Assembly (NCBI GenBank): GCA_965208575.1
Contig: CBDBOV010000003.1
Location: 160,001-224,000 of the forward strand
Direction of reading: 5' to 3'
DNA length: 64,000 nt
DNA from: Spirochaetia bacterium
GTDB taxonomy: Bacteria > Spirochaetota > Spirochaetia > SZUA-6 > Bin103
A model generated the notes under the pieces. It did not search any database. It was not told the DNA's origin and was given only the letters and a program-made list of their open reading frames with translations. The stretch's first letter is position 1. Each line of letters starts with the position of its first letter. A program made the position numbers and the translations under genes. Of the stretch, positions 38,822 to 48,352 are shown in pieces.

Positions 38822-40444
38822 TCACGCTTGCGCGGCCGCCAGCAGGGCCGCGATCTCATGGTGGCCGCGGCGCTGCGCCCAGGCCGGTGCCCTGGCCCAC
38901 GCCGGGACCGAGGGCGGTTCGCGCGGCCCGCGTTGGTCAAGCAGGAACTGCACGAACTCGCGCTGCCCGGTGCGCGCCGCCCAGCCCAGCGGCGTGGAAC
39001 GGAACTCCTCGTCGACCGCGTCGAGTTCGGCGCCAAACTCCAGGAACAAGCGCGCGGCGTCGACGTCGCCGCTGCCGGCCTGGTGGTGCAGCGGGCGGAT
39101 CTGCTGCCAGTTGGGCAGGTTGGGGTCCATGCCGTGCTCCAGCAGCAGCCGCGCCAGCGGCAGCGAGCGCCACAGGTAGGTCTGGCAGTAGGTGACTGTC
39201 GCCGGCACGCGCAGGCCGCGCGCCAGCAGCAGGCGCAGCAGCCCTTCGTGCCCCGCCGCCACGCAGTGGGTAAAGCCCACCTCCGCCGCCGCCTCGTCGA
39301 ACATCTCCGGCCGCGCGTCGAGCAGCGCCGCGATAGTGTCGATGTCGCCGCGGTGGAAGTGCGCCGCCAGCCCCAGGCGGCCGCCGTAGCGGTACAGCAG
39401 CGCGCGCAGATCGGCATCCTCGGCGGCGAAGGTGGGTGTGCCGGAGGACTCCACCTCGGCGTTGGGGTCGGCGCCGGCTTCCAGCAGCAGCTCGGCGATG
39501 GCGCGATGGCCGTGGCGAACCGCCGCCCACAGGGCAGAGCCGCGCGGGCAGTTCGGACCCTCGCGGAGGTTGGGGTCGGCGCCGGCCTCCAACAGCAGCC
39601 GTACGATGCGCTCGTGTCCACGCTCGGCGGCGGCCGAGAGAGCTCGCTTGCCGCACTCCTCGGGCCGGTCGGCTGTCCCGGCACCACCACCGAGCAGCTC
39701 TTCCACACGCGCCGCGTCGCCCAGGGCGGCGGCGACCGTTATCGAGTGCTCGGCGCCACGGTCGAGCAGGTGGCGCGCCATGGCGTAGTCGTTGCGCTGT
39801 CCCCAGTAGGGGTTGTGCCACAGGGCCAGCACCACGGGCCGAAAGCCGCCGCCGCCGATGCGGTCGTCGCCGCCGAATCCGGGCGTGTCGACGCCGGCGC
39901 CCGCGCCGAGCAGCAGGTCCACGAGGTCGCGGCGGCCCGCCTCCACGGCGTAGTGCAGCGGCCGGCGGCCCAGGTGGTCGCCGCGGTTGGCAAGCTGGTG
40001 GTCGGTGTCCAGCAACCGCTCCACGGTGGACACGTCGCCGGCCGCCAGCGCGGCGTGGATCGGGTGGCGGGTTCCTGCCGACGCCAGCCGGCTGGCCAGT
40101 TCACGGCGCAAGTAGCCGGCGACTTGGTCCTGCCCTCGGTCCTCGGCCATCTGCAGCAGGGTGTCGTTGCCGTACAGCGCGTTACGGTGGGTCAGGTCGG
40201 CGCCGGCGGCCACCAACAGGCGCACCGCCTCCAGGTGCCCCTCGCGGACCGCGAAGTGCAGCGGCGGCATGTACCAATAGGCCGCGTTGACCAGGGTGGG
40301 GTCGCGTTCCAGCGCGTCGCGCAACGCCCCGGTATCGCCCGCCCGGGCGGCGGTCAGCACCTCCCAGGTCGCCATGCCGCGACCGCCCTCGAACTCGCGC
40401 GGCTTGATGAGCAACGGTCCGCTCGCGGCGGGCATGGCGCTCAT
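38822..40444 (-). CDS. Ankyrin repeat protein
   Basis: Repeated PLHFAVREGH, PLHYAVEAG, ALSAAAERGH, LLLEAGADPN, TPLGWAA. Confidence 0.93.
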   Translation of the reverse strand: MSAMPAASGPLLIKPREFEGGRGMATWEVLTAARAGDTGALRDALERDPTLVNAAYWYMPPLHFAVREGHLEAVRLLVAAGADLTHRNALYGNDTLLQMAEDRGQDQVAGYLRRELASRLASAGTRHPIHAALAAGDVSTVERLLDTDHQLANRGDHLGRRPLHYAVEAGRRDLVDLLLGAGAGVDTPGFGGDDRIGGGGFRPVVLALWHNPYWGQRNDYAMARHLLDRGAEHSITVAAALGDAARVEELLGGGAGTADRPEECGKRALSAAAERGHERIVRLLLEAGADPNLREGPNCPRGSALWAAVRHGHRAIAELLLEAGADPNAEVESSGTPTFAAEDADLRALLYRYGGRLGLAAHFHRGDIDTIAALLDARPEMFDEAAAEVGFTHCVAAGHEGLLRLLLARGLRVPATVTYCQTYLWRSLPLARLLLEHGMDPNLPNWQQIRPLHHQAGSGDVDAARLFLEFGAELDAVDEEFRSTPLGWAARTGQREFVQFLLDQRGPREPPSVPAWARAPAWAQRRGHHEIAALLAAAQA

Positions 40445-40600
40445 CCGTCCTCCTCCACGGTCCCAGAGGCGCGCGGGTCGGTGGGACCGGCGCCGACGCG
40501 TCGCACCAACCCACGGGCTTCCAGCCAGTGGAGGTAGTGCAGCACGCGTGGACGCGAATGCCCCGCCAGATCGATCAACTCCCCGGTACGCAACCTGCCG
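40441..40600 (-). pseudogene. C-terminal winged-helix remnant
   Basis: LRTGELIDLAGHSRPRVLHYLHWLEARGLVRRVGAGPTDPRA with no credible start. Its stop overlaps the ankyrin ATG. Confidence 0.55.
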
Positions 40601-40671
40601 GCCTCTCGATTACTTATAGTAGCGTTGTGCGCCGATTGACCAGCGCTCCGGTGCGCCCGTAGGGTAGGGCC

Positions 40672-41151
40672 GTGCCAGAATCGATCAACATATCCGCTAC
40701 CGTAAATGGCCGGCGTTGCGAGCGCTCCGTGCAGCCGCGCACCCTGCTGGTGCACTTTCTGCGCGACGAACTGGGCCTGACCGGCAGCCATGTCGGCTGC
40801 GAGACCAGCTTGTGCGGCGCCTGCACCGTGCTGGTGGACGGCGCCGCCTCCAAGGCGTGCACGCTGCTGGCGGCGCAGGTAGATGGCCGCTCGGTGACCA
40901 CCATCGAAGGCCTCGCTCAGGACGGCGCCCTGCATCCGGTGCAGGAACAGTTGTGGCACCATCACGGCGTGCAGTGCGGTTACTGCACCTCCGGCATGGT
41001 GCTTGCCGCCGTCGCGTTGCTGGAGCGCGAACCGAGTCCCACCGACGCGCAGATCCGCGCCGGCCTGAAGGGCAACCTGTGCCGCTGCACCGGCTATGCG
41101 AACATCGTCGAAGCAGTCCACGCCGCGGCTGCAGCCCTGGCGGAGCGCTGA
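40672..41151 (+). CDS. 2Fe-2S subunit of Mo-hydroxylase (CoxS/CutS-like)
   Basis: [25 protein letters not shown]. Confidence 0.95.
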   Translation: MPESINISATVNGRRCERSVQPRTLLVHFLRDELGLTGSHVGCETSLCGACTVLVDGAASKACTLLAAQVDGRSVTTIEGLAQDGALHPVQEQLWHHHGVQCGYCTSGMVLAAVALLEREPSPTDAQIRAGLKGNLCRCTGYANIVEAVHAAAAALAER

Positions 41152-42017
41152 TGTATCCGGCGCCATTTTCCTATGTGCGCGTCGCGTCCGTCGCCGACGC
41201 GCTGGCGGCGCTCGCCGAACACCCGGATGGCCGGTTCCTGGCCGGTGGACACAGCCTGCTGCCGGCGATGAAGCTGCGGCTGGCGGAGCCGGCTACCCTG
41301 ATCGACATCGGACGGGTGGCCGAGTTGCAGGGCATCACGCGGCTGGGTGGCACGCTCAGGATCGGATCGCTCGCTACGCACGACCAGGTGACGAGTTCGG
41401 ATATCGTGTGCGGCGGAGCGCGGCTGCTGGCGGAAGCGTGCGCCAAGGTGGGCGATGCCGCGGTGCGCAACTGGGGTACCGTGGGCGGCAATCTCGCGCA
41501 CGCCGATCCCGCCTCCGATCCACCGCCGGCACTCGTTGCGGCCGGCGCGCGGCTGGAATTGCAATCATCGGCCGGCAAGCGGTGGCTGGCTGCAGGCGAA
41601 TTCTTCAGTGACCTGTTCATCACCGCGCTCGCATCGGACGAGATCATCACCGCGGTGGAAGTGCACGCCGCCGGCGCCCGTACCGGATCGACCTACCTCA
41701 AGCATTCCCATCCCGCCTCCGGCTACGCCGTGTGCGGCGCGGCCGCGGTGGTGGAACTGGACGCGGCCGGTCGCTGCGCCTCCGCTCGGCTCGCCATCGG
41801 TGGGGTCGGCCCGGTACCGATCGCCATCGATCTGGCCGAGTTGTCCGGTGAAGCGCTGGAGCAGGCAGCCGTCGATGCCGCGCTCGCCGACCTCGACGTT
41901 GCCGATCCGCTCAGTGACCCCTACGCGTCCGGCGCATACCGCATCCGGCTTGCACGCGTACTCGGCCGGCGCGCCGTGTTGCTTGCGGGGCGGCGCGCCG
42001 TCACCGGACCGCGTTAA
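41151..42017 (+). CDS. FAD-binding subunit of Mo-hydroxylase (CoxM/CutM-like)
   Basis: AGGHSLLP, RNWGTVGGNLAHADPASD. Confidence 0.93.
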   Translation: MYPAPFSYVRVASVADALAALAEHPDGRFLAGGHSLLPAMKLRLAEPATLIDIGRVAELQGITRLGGTLRIGSLATHDQVTSSDIVCGGARLLAEACAKVGDAAVRNWGTVGGNLAHADPASDPPPALVAAGARLELQSSAGKRWLAAGEFFSDLFITALASDEIITAVEVHAAGARTGSTYLKHSHPASGYAVCGAAAVVELDAAGRCASARLAIGGVGPVPIAIDLAELSGEALEQAAVDAALADLDVADPLSDPYASGAYRIRLARVLGRRAVLLAGRRAVTGPR

Positions 42018-42042
42018 GCGTCCGGCGCATACCGCATCCGGC
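41925..42042 (+). repeat. 25-bp direct repeat flanking the stop of the FAD-subunit gene
   Basis: gcgtccggcgcataccgcatccggc at 41925-41949 and 42018-42042. Confidence 0.9.
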
Positions 42043-42136
42043 CGCGATTGGCGCGGTTCCCCGGTCGCCGCACCATGCCGCCGCGGCTCAACGGGCGGCT
42101 GTCGCGACGCTGTGCCGAAGCGCTGAACGGCGGGCG

Positions 42137-42679
42137 TCAGAAGGCGGCGAAGTGGTTGTAGCTCTCTTCGAGGGTGTAGGTGCGCGCGCCGGCCCGAGGC
42201 GGGGCATGGGCGATGCGGTTGTAGCCGCCGCCGTAGAACAGCAGCGGCCGGCCGCCGCTCAGGGCGCCGCCGACCACCTTGCCGACCACGATCTGGTGGT
42301 CGCCGCCCGGCAGCCGCTCGTGCACTTCGCAGTCCAGGAAGCCGAGGCAGTCGGCGAAGACCGGTGCGCCACTGCCACCGAAGTCGATCTCGATTCCGGC
42401 AAAGTCCTTGGGGCCGGGGGCGGCGAACCGTTGCGAAAGCGCCTCCTGGTCGGCGCGCAGGATGTTGATCGCGAATGCCGGCGTGGCGGCCAGTTGGTCG
42501 ATCATCCGGTTGCGCACGTCGATGGCGAACAGCACCAGCGGCGGATCGAGCGACAGCGAGGTGACGGAGTTGGCGGTCATGCCCCACTCGGCCCCGGACC
42601 GGTCGCCGGTGGTGATCACCGTGACGCCGGTGGCGAAGTGGCCCATGATGCGGCGCTGAGCGTCGCGGTCAATCGCCAT
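42137..42679 (-). CDS. Flavin reductase (HpaC/RutF family)
   Basis: FATGVTVIT, GMTANS.TSLSLDPPL, GGDH. Confidence 0.93.
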   Translation of the reverse strand: MAIDRDAQRRIMGHFATGVTVITTGDRSGAEWGMTANSVTSLSLDPPLVLFAIDVRNRMIDQLAATPAFAINILRADQEALSQRFAAPGPKDFAGIEIDFGGSGAPVFADCLGFLDCEVHERLPGGDHQIVVGKVVGGALSGGRPLLFYGGGYNRIAHAPPRAGARTYTLEESYNHFAAF

Positions 42680-43760
42680 GCGCCGCCGCCGCCGACACCG
42701 CCGGCACGACGGTGCGGGCCAGCAGCTCCAGGGAGCGGGTCCAGCGCGCACGGTCGTCCCAGTCGTGGGCGATCATCAGCAGCGTGCCGAAGCCGCCGGT
42801 CGCCTGTTGGAGGGCGCGCAGGCGCTCGGCGCAGGTGGCGGCGCTGCCGATGATGCACAGCCTGCTCAGCGCGTATTCCACGGTGATCTCCTCGTCCGGT
42901 TGCTCGGGGCGTTCCTTCATCACCTGCAGCACGCCGCCGGCGGTCAGGATCCTGATCAGGTAGTCGAGCGAGGCGGCGAAGGAGCCGGTACGCGCGTGGT
43001 CCCACGCCTCCGCGTCGCTGTCCGCCACGAAGATGCTGCGCGCCACCCGCCACATGGCGCGGTCGGGAACCGGGCGTCCGGCCGCCGCGGCGCCGGCGCA
43101 GTAGGTGTCCCAGTGCGAGCCGAGCGTCGCGTCGGGCACCAGGTTGGTGCTGATCGGCATGAAGCCGCGCTCGCCGGCGGTGTGGGCCGCCCGCGAGCCC
43201 GCCTTGATCACGCTCATCGCGATCGGCGGGTGCGGCTTCTGGTAGGGCCGCAGCATCACGCCGACGCCCAGCTCGCGGTCAGGCTCGTCCGCCCGCACGT
43301 GCCAGAACCGCCCGCGGAAGTCGAACGGCGCCTCGCTCCGCCACAGCTTCATCACCAGGTCGATCCCTTCAAGCGTCATCAATCCCTGGGTGCCGGGGTC
43401 GGGCAGGTCGAACAGCTCCCAGTCGGTGGGCACGCCGCTCTGCCCGAAGCCGACGTTGATGCGCCCGCGCGACAGGTGGTCGAGAAACGCCAGCCGCACC
43501 GCCACGTTGACCGGGTGATGGTGGGGGAGGATCGACACGCCGGTGCCCAGGCGTATGGTGGAGGTGCGCGGCAGCAGGTTGGCGATGAACAGATCGTTGG
43601 ACGGGATCGGCTCCCACGCCACCGAGTGGTGCTGCCCGATCCACGCCTCGGTGAAGCCGAGCGCCTCGGCCAGCGTGACCTGTTCGATGTCTTCGTCGAA
43701 GCACGCCGTGCGGTCCTTGGCCGGCGGGTGCAGCGGCATCATGAACATGCCCAGCTTCAT
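42669..43760 (-). CDS. LLM-class flavin-dependent monooxygenase
   Basis: MKLGMFMMPLHP, EAWIGQHH, LDHLSRGR, PYQKPHPP. Confidence 0.93.
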   Translation of the reverse strand: MKLGMFMMPLHPPAKDRTACFDEDIEQVTLAEALGFTEAWIGQHHSVAWEPIPSNDLFIANLLPRTSTIRLGTGVSILPHHHPVNVAVRLAFLDHLSRGRINVGFGQSGVPTDWELFDLPDPGTQGLMTLEGIDLVMKLWRSEAPFDFRGRFWHVRADEPDRELGVGVMLRPYQKPHPPIAMSVIKAGSRAAHTAGERGFMPISTNLVPDATLGSHWDTYCAGAAAAGRPVPDRAMWRVARSIFVADSDAEAWDHARTGSFAASLDYLIRILTAGGVLQVMKERPEQPDEEITVEYALSRLCIIGSAATCAERLRALQQATGGFGTLLMIAHDWDDRARWTRSLELLARTVVPAVSAAAAHGD

Positions 43761-43875
43761 CGCGGTCAATATACGTCAGATCACCGCACGTTCAAGGCAG
43801 CCGCGCCGGGGGTGCCGGGGCCTGCGCACCCCGGTTCGAGGAGTCAGGCCGCGGCGCCCCCCGGCGCGTCGGCGG

Positions 43876-44226
43876 TCAGCGGGTGGGAACGGGAACGCTC
43901 ATCGGCAGGTGGGGCGGTGCCGCCGGTTCCAGCTTGACCCGGTAGTGCTCGAGCAGGCGCTGCAACTGGTGGTCCCCCTGCAGCCAGCGGAAGTCGTATT
44001 CGTCGTGGCGACCGACGACCTGCAGGTCATGCAGGTAGTCGAGCGCCAGCTCGCCGCAGGTGCCGCCCTCGGGCACCGCCGCCTCAGGCTCCGCGGCCAG
44101 GTAGGACAGCAGGTCGTCCAGGCAGCGCAGCGCCTCCTCCCGTACCCGGAGCCGCGAGAAGGCGATCACCAGGTACTGCAGTGCCACGTAGCGGAACGGA
44201 TCGGTGCGGATGGATAGTGTATTCAT
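43876..44226 (-). CDS. Hypothetical protein
   Basis: GGAGG RBS and coding-like codon pattern. No recognised motif. Confidence 0.65.
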   Translation of the reverse strand: MNTLSIRTDPFRYVALQYLVIAFSRLRVREEALRCLDDLLSYLAAEPEAAVPEGGTCGELALDYLHDLQVVGRHDEYDFRWLQGDHQLQRLLEHYRVKLEPAAPPHLPMSVPVPTR

Positions 44227-44365
44227 CTGGCCCTCCACTCCCTATCAATGGCGCCCGCGCGCTGGCGCTTTACCACGCCCGCGCCGCGAGCCTCCCAGTT
44301 ATTGACAGCGTCGGCAGAAACCGTTATCAATATGAGTCGCGGGGCGCGCACGCCGCGGCCCTCAA

Positions 44366-44438
44366 TCCCCTGTAGCTCAGTTGGTAGAGCGGGTGGCTGT
44401 TAACCACCATGTCGGCAGTTCGAGTCTGTCCGGGGGAG
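44366..44438 (+). tRNA. tRNA-Asn (GTT), CCA not encoded
   Basis: Acceptor stem TCCCCTG/CGGGGGA, D-arm TAGCTCAGTTGGTAGAGC, anticodon GTT at 44399-44401, T-loop GTTCGAGT. TTGACA at 44302. Confidence 0.97.
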
Positions 44439-44545
44439 CAAGATATCTCGTGTTGTATCTCGCCGATCCGCAGTTCTGTTGCGGATAAATGGCAAATTCC
44501 CGCAGAATAGTTGCGATATTCCGTGCATGGGCGTAAAGTTGGGAC

Positions 44546-45721
44546 ATGACCGGGCCCACCGTTCCACGTCGTCTTGGCCTGACTTCCGACCTTCGCCACC
44601 GGTCCGTGTTTCTGTTCGGCCCGCGGCAGACCGGAAAGACGACCTGGCTGAACAAGCAGTTTCCGCACGCTCCGGTGTTCAATCTGCTGCGCGGCGAGGT
44701 GTTCCTCCGGTTGTCCCGCGAGCCGGGGCGGCTGCGGCAGGAGTTGGCCACGTCTGCTCGTGCGTCGGCACCGGTGATCATCGACGAGATTCAGAAGCTG
44801 CCCAGTCTGCTCGACGAGGTACATGATCTCATCGAGTCCGGCGGATTGCAGTTCATACTGGCCGCCAGCAGCCCCGCCAAGCTGCGCCGCGGCGGAGTCA
44901 ACCTGCTTGGCGGCCGCGCCCGCACACGGCGCCTGTTCCCGTTCGTTTCGGCGGAAATCCCGGATTGGGATCTGGTGCGGGCCATCAACGTTGGCGGCAT
45001 CCCTTCGATCTACTATTCCGACGACCCGATTGAAGATCTGCGCGCCTACTGCGGCAATTACCTGCAACTCGAGATCCAGGCGGAGGGATTGGTGCGCGGT
45101 GTGGAGCGGTTCTCGCGTTTTCTCGCCGCCGCCGCGCTCGGCTGTGGTCAGCAGGTGGTGTTCAAGCGGCTGGCTTCCGATGCCGCCGTGCCTGCGCGTA
45201 CGGTGCGCGAATACTTCCAGGTGCTGGACGACACGCTGGTGGGCGAACTGCTGCAGCCGTTCACACCGAAGCGGGCGAGCCGCAAACCGGTGTCGCACGC
45301 CAAGTTCTACCTGTTCGACGTGGGAGTAGCCAACGTCCTGGCCGGGATGACTCGAATCGAGCCGGGCAGCGCGGCATTCGGGCGGGCCCTGGAGCACCTC
45401 GTGTTCTGCGAGTTGCGCGCCCGCCTCGGATATGGCCGCGACGCGCGTCCGCTGACGTTTTGGCGCACGACCGACGGTTCGGAGGTCGACTTCGTGGTCG
45501 GTGACAGCGTGGCGGTCGAGGTGAAGGCCACCGGCGCCGTGACACCGCGCGACCTGACCGGGCTCCGGCGGCTGGCCGACGAAGTGCCGTTGCTCAGGCG
45601 CATCGTGGTGTGCAGCGAATCGGCGCCACGGATTGTCGATGGCATCGAATTGCTCCCGGTGCGGGAATTCCTCGCTGCCCTGTGGGATGGTGAGATTCTC
45701 GACGAGCGGGCGCGGTGTTGA
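44546..45721 (+). CDS. AAA ATPase with DUF4143 and C-terminal PD-(D/E)XK-like domain
   Basis: GPRQTGKT, IIDEIQK, KFYLFDVG, EVDFVV..VEVK. Confidence 0.92.
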   Translation: MTGPTVPRRLGLTSDLRHRSVFLFGPRQTGKTTWLNKQFPHAPVFNLLRGEVFLRLSREPGRLRQELATSARASAPVIIDEIQKLPSLLDEVHDLIESGGLQFILAASSPAKLRRGGVNLLGGRARTRRLFPFVSAEIPDWDLVRAINVGGIPSIYYSDDPIEDLRAYCGNYLQLEIQAEGLVRGVERFSRFLAAAALGCGQQVVFKRLASDAAVPARTVREYFQVLDDTLVGELLQPFTPKRASRKPVSHAKFYLFDVGVANVLAGMTRIEPGSAAFGRALEHLVFCELRARLGYGRDARPLTFWRTTDGSEVDFVVGDSVAVEVKATGAVTPRDLTGLRRLADEVPLLRRIVVCSESAPRIVDGIELLPVREFLAALWDGEILDERARC

Positions 45722-45784
45722 TGGATCGGGCGCTGTTCACCGTGTATCCTGCGGTCCACCATATTGAACCGAGGAGGGTGCGCC

Positions 45785-46876
45785 ATGAAAGCTGCCGTTC
45801 TGTATGAGCCACACCAGCCGCTGGTGATCGAGGAGATTCGCGTACGCAAGCCGGCCGCGCGCGAGGTGCTGCTGCGCACCGCGGTGGCGGGCCTGTGCCA
45901 CTCCGACCTGCACTTCATGGAGGGGCTGTACAAGACCCCTCTGCCGGTGGTGCTTGGCCACGAGTCGTCGGCGGTGGTGGAGCAGGTCGGCCCCGAGGTG
46001 ACCTACGTCGAGCCCGGCGACCGGGTCGTGACCTGCTTGTCGGTGTTCTGCGGCACCTGCGAGTACTGCACCACCGGCAGCCCGGCGCTGTGCAACAACA
46101 CCGACGTGAAGCTGGAGCCGGGGAAGTCGGATCGCCTGGAGTGGGACAAGCCCGAACGGCCGCACACGTTTGCCAACCTGTCGTCGTTCGCGGAGCAGAT
46201 GCTGGTGCACGAGAACGCGATCGTGAAGATACGCGACGAGATGCCGCTCGACCGCGCCGCGCTGATCGGGTGCGGGGTGATAACCGGTTTCGGGGCGGCA
46301 GTGAACACGGCTGCGGTGCGTCCGGGCGAGACGGTGGCCGTGCTCGGCTGCGGCGGCGTCGGCATGGCGGCGGTCAACGGCGCCTACGTCGCCGGGGCGG
46401 GGCGCGTCATCGCGGTGGACACCAACCCGGACAAGCTGCAGGCCGCGAGCAAGCTCGGCGCGACCGACCAGGTGAACCCGGCCGATGGCGATCCGGTGGA
46501 GCGGATCAAGGAGATGACCGGCGGCGGCGTGCACCACGCGATCGAGTGCATCGGCCTGAAGGCGACCGCCGAGCAGTCGTTCGACATGCTCGCGTCGGGC
46601 GGCACCGCCACCATCGTGGGCATGGTGCCGTTCGAGGAGAAGATCGAACTGCACGCGGCCACGCTGCTGCGCGAGCGCAAGTTGCAGGGCTCGTCGATGG
46701 GCTCCAACCGCTTCCGGGTCGACATGCCGCGCCTGGTCGACCTGTACCTGCAGGGCCGCCTGCACCTCGACGCCTGGATCTCCCGCCGCATCCGCCTGGA
46801 GGAAATCAACGCCGGCTTCGAGGCCATGAAGGCCGGCGAAGTAATCCGCTCCATCATCGACTTCCAAGCCGCCTAG
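45785..46876 (+). CDS. Zn-dependent alcohol dehydrogenase (class III-like)
   Basis: CHSD, GHE, CGTCEYC, GCGGVG. GAGGAGG RBS. Confidence 0.95.
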   Translation: MKAAVLYEPHQPLVIEEIRVRKPAAREVLLRTAVAGLCHSDLHFMEGLYKTPLPVVLGHESSAVVEQVGPEVTYVEPGDRVVTCLSVFCGTCEYCTTGSPALCNNTDVKLEPGKSDRLEWDKPERPHTFANLSSFAEQMLVHENAIVKIRDEMPLDRAALIGCGVITGFGAAVNTAAVRPGETVAVLGCGGVGMAAVNGAYVAGAGRVIAVDTNPDKLQAASKLGATDQVNPADGDPVERIKEMTGGGVHHAIECIGLKATAEQSFDMLASGGTATIVGMVPFEEKIELHAATLLRERKLQGSSMGSNRFRVDMPRLVDLYLQGRLHLDAWISRRIRLEEINAGFEAMKAGEVIRSIIDFQAA

Positions 46877-46892
46877 TAGACTCTGACCTGAA

Positions 46893-47183
46893 CTAATTGT
46901 CGAGCAGCCAGGCAAGCAACGCTGCCGGGATGGCTGCCACCTCGGGATCGTCGAGGTTCAGTTCGGAGCGGGTGGCCACAATGCCTCGCCATCCGGATGC
47001 ACGCAGCGTCTGCGCGTCCCGCAGCCAACGGCCGTCGACGTACTTCGACTCGATGGCCCAGCCGCCGAGGTCGGGACCGACGAAATCGATCTCTCGTCGG
47101 GTTCGGGATCGATGGTACAGAACGCGGTCGAAGCCGAGGTAGCTGCCCGCTCGCTCACGCACGAAGCTGCGCCAGAGCGCCAT
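46893..47183 (-). pseudogene. C-terminal remnant of an AAA/DUF4143-type nuclease domain
   Basis: YHRSRTRREIDFVG...IESKY with no N-terminal ATPase domain. Confidence 0.7.
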
Positions 47184-47209
47184 CCCGAGTTGCTGCTCTG
47201 CGCCATCTG

Positions 47210-47288
47210 TCTGTCAAAAAGTATACATAATAATCGGTCGATGTATGTTATTGTATTATTTTTCCCGCCACCACTGAGCTTTGACAGA
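47210..47288. mobile_element. 79-bp AT-rich element with 9-bp terminal inverted repeats (MITE/IS scar)
   Basis: tctgtcaaa (47210) ... tttgacaga (47280-47288) enclosing an AT-rich core. Confidence 0.5.
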
Positions 47289-47401
47289 GCCGGGAACGCG
47301 AGCTGCGGCGCGGCCACGCCAGGGTGAGGCTGGACGCGGGGCTCGCGGGGGTCGGGCGTGTTTGACAGCGGGGGGGCGATGGGTTAGCACTGTTCGCTAC
47401 G

Positions 47402-48352
47402 ATGTCGACTGACGCGCACGCGGTCACATCGCTGCGCCGGCGCAGCGCCGCCAGGATCGGCAGGCGGATCGTCAAGCACTGGGAGTACTACCTGCTGGTG
47501 CTGGTGCCGATGGCGTACATCGTCATCTTCAAGTACGTGCCGATGGTGGGCGCGCAGATCGCGTTCCGGGACTTCAACGTGATTCAGGGCATGTGGGGCA
47601 GCCCGTGGGTCGGGTTCCGGGAGTTCATCCGCTTCTTCGAGTCGCCGAGCTTCTGGCGGCTGATCGAGAACACCTTTTCCATCAGCCTGACCCGGCTGCT
47701 GCTCGGCTTCCCGGCGCCGATCATCCTGGCGCTGGCGCTCAACGAGATCAGCCAACGCACCTTCAAGCGGTCGGTGCAGATGGTTACCTACGCGCCGCAC
47801 TTCATCTCCACGGTGGTGATGGCGTCGATGATCATCCTGTTCCTGAACCCGCGGCTCGGCCTGTTCGGCGTGCTGATGCGGGTGGCGGGAGTGCAGCCGG
47901 TCAACTACCTGGCGGTGGCCAGCCACTTCAAGTTCGTGTACGCCCTGTCGGATATCTGGCAGCACGCCGGCTACGGCGCGATCATCTACATGGCGGCGCT
48001 GGCGAGCATCAATCCCGAATTGTACGAGGCGGCGCGCATCGACGGGGCGTCGCGCCTGCAGAAGATCATCCACGTGGACATTCCCGGCATCATGCCGGTG
48101 ATGGTGATCCTGCTGATCCTGGAGTTCGGCGAGATCATGGAGGTGGGGTTCGAGAAGATCTACCTGCTGCAGAACCCGGTGAACATCTCGGCGTCGGAGA
48201 TCATCCAGACCTACGTCTACAAGATCGGCATCATCAACGCCAGCTTCAGCTTCGCCTCCGCGGTGGGGCTGTTCAACTCGGTGATCAACTTCATCCTGCT
48301 GGTCGCCGTGAACGCCGCCGCCAGGCGGATTTCCAACAACAGCCTATGGTAG
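47402..48352 (+). CDS. Carbohydrate ABC permease (LplB type)
   Basis: KYVPM.G..IAF, SPWVG, LYEAARIDGASR. Confidence 0.93.
   Translation: MSTDAHAVTSLRRRSAARIGRRIVKHWEYYLLVLVPMAYIVIFKYVPMVGAQIAFRDFNVIQGMWGSPWVGFREFIRFFESPSFWRLIENTFSISLTRLLLGFPAPIILALALNEISQRTFKRSVQMVTYAPHFISTVVMASMIILFLNPRLGLFGVLMRVAGVQPVNYLAVASHFKFVYALSDIWQHAGYGAIIYMAALASINPELYEAARIDGASRLQKIIHVDIPGIMPVMVILLILEFGEIMEVGFEKIYLLQNPVNISASEIIQTYVYKIGIINASFSFASAVGLFNSVINFILLVAVNAAARRISNNSLW

Noticed and set aside
36150-42017. Aerobic CO dehydrogenase (coxLMS)
   Set aside because: The active-site loop is AYRAPG, not form I AYxCSFR or form II AYRGAGR, and no cox accessory genes are present.
44366-47290. Intact prophage or integrative element at tRNA-Asn
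   Set aside because: No integrase, phage genes or duplicated tRNA 3' end were found.
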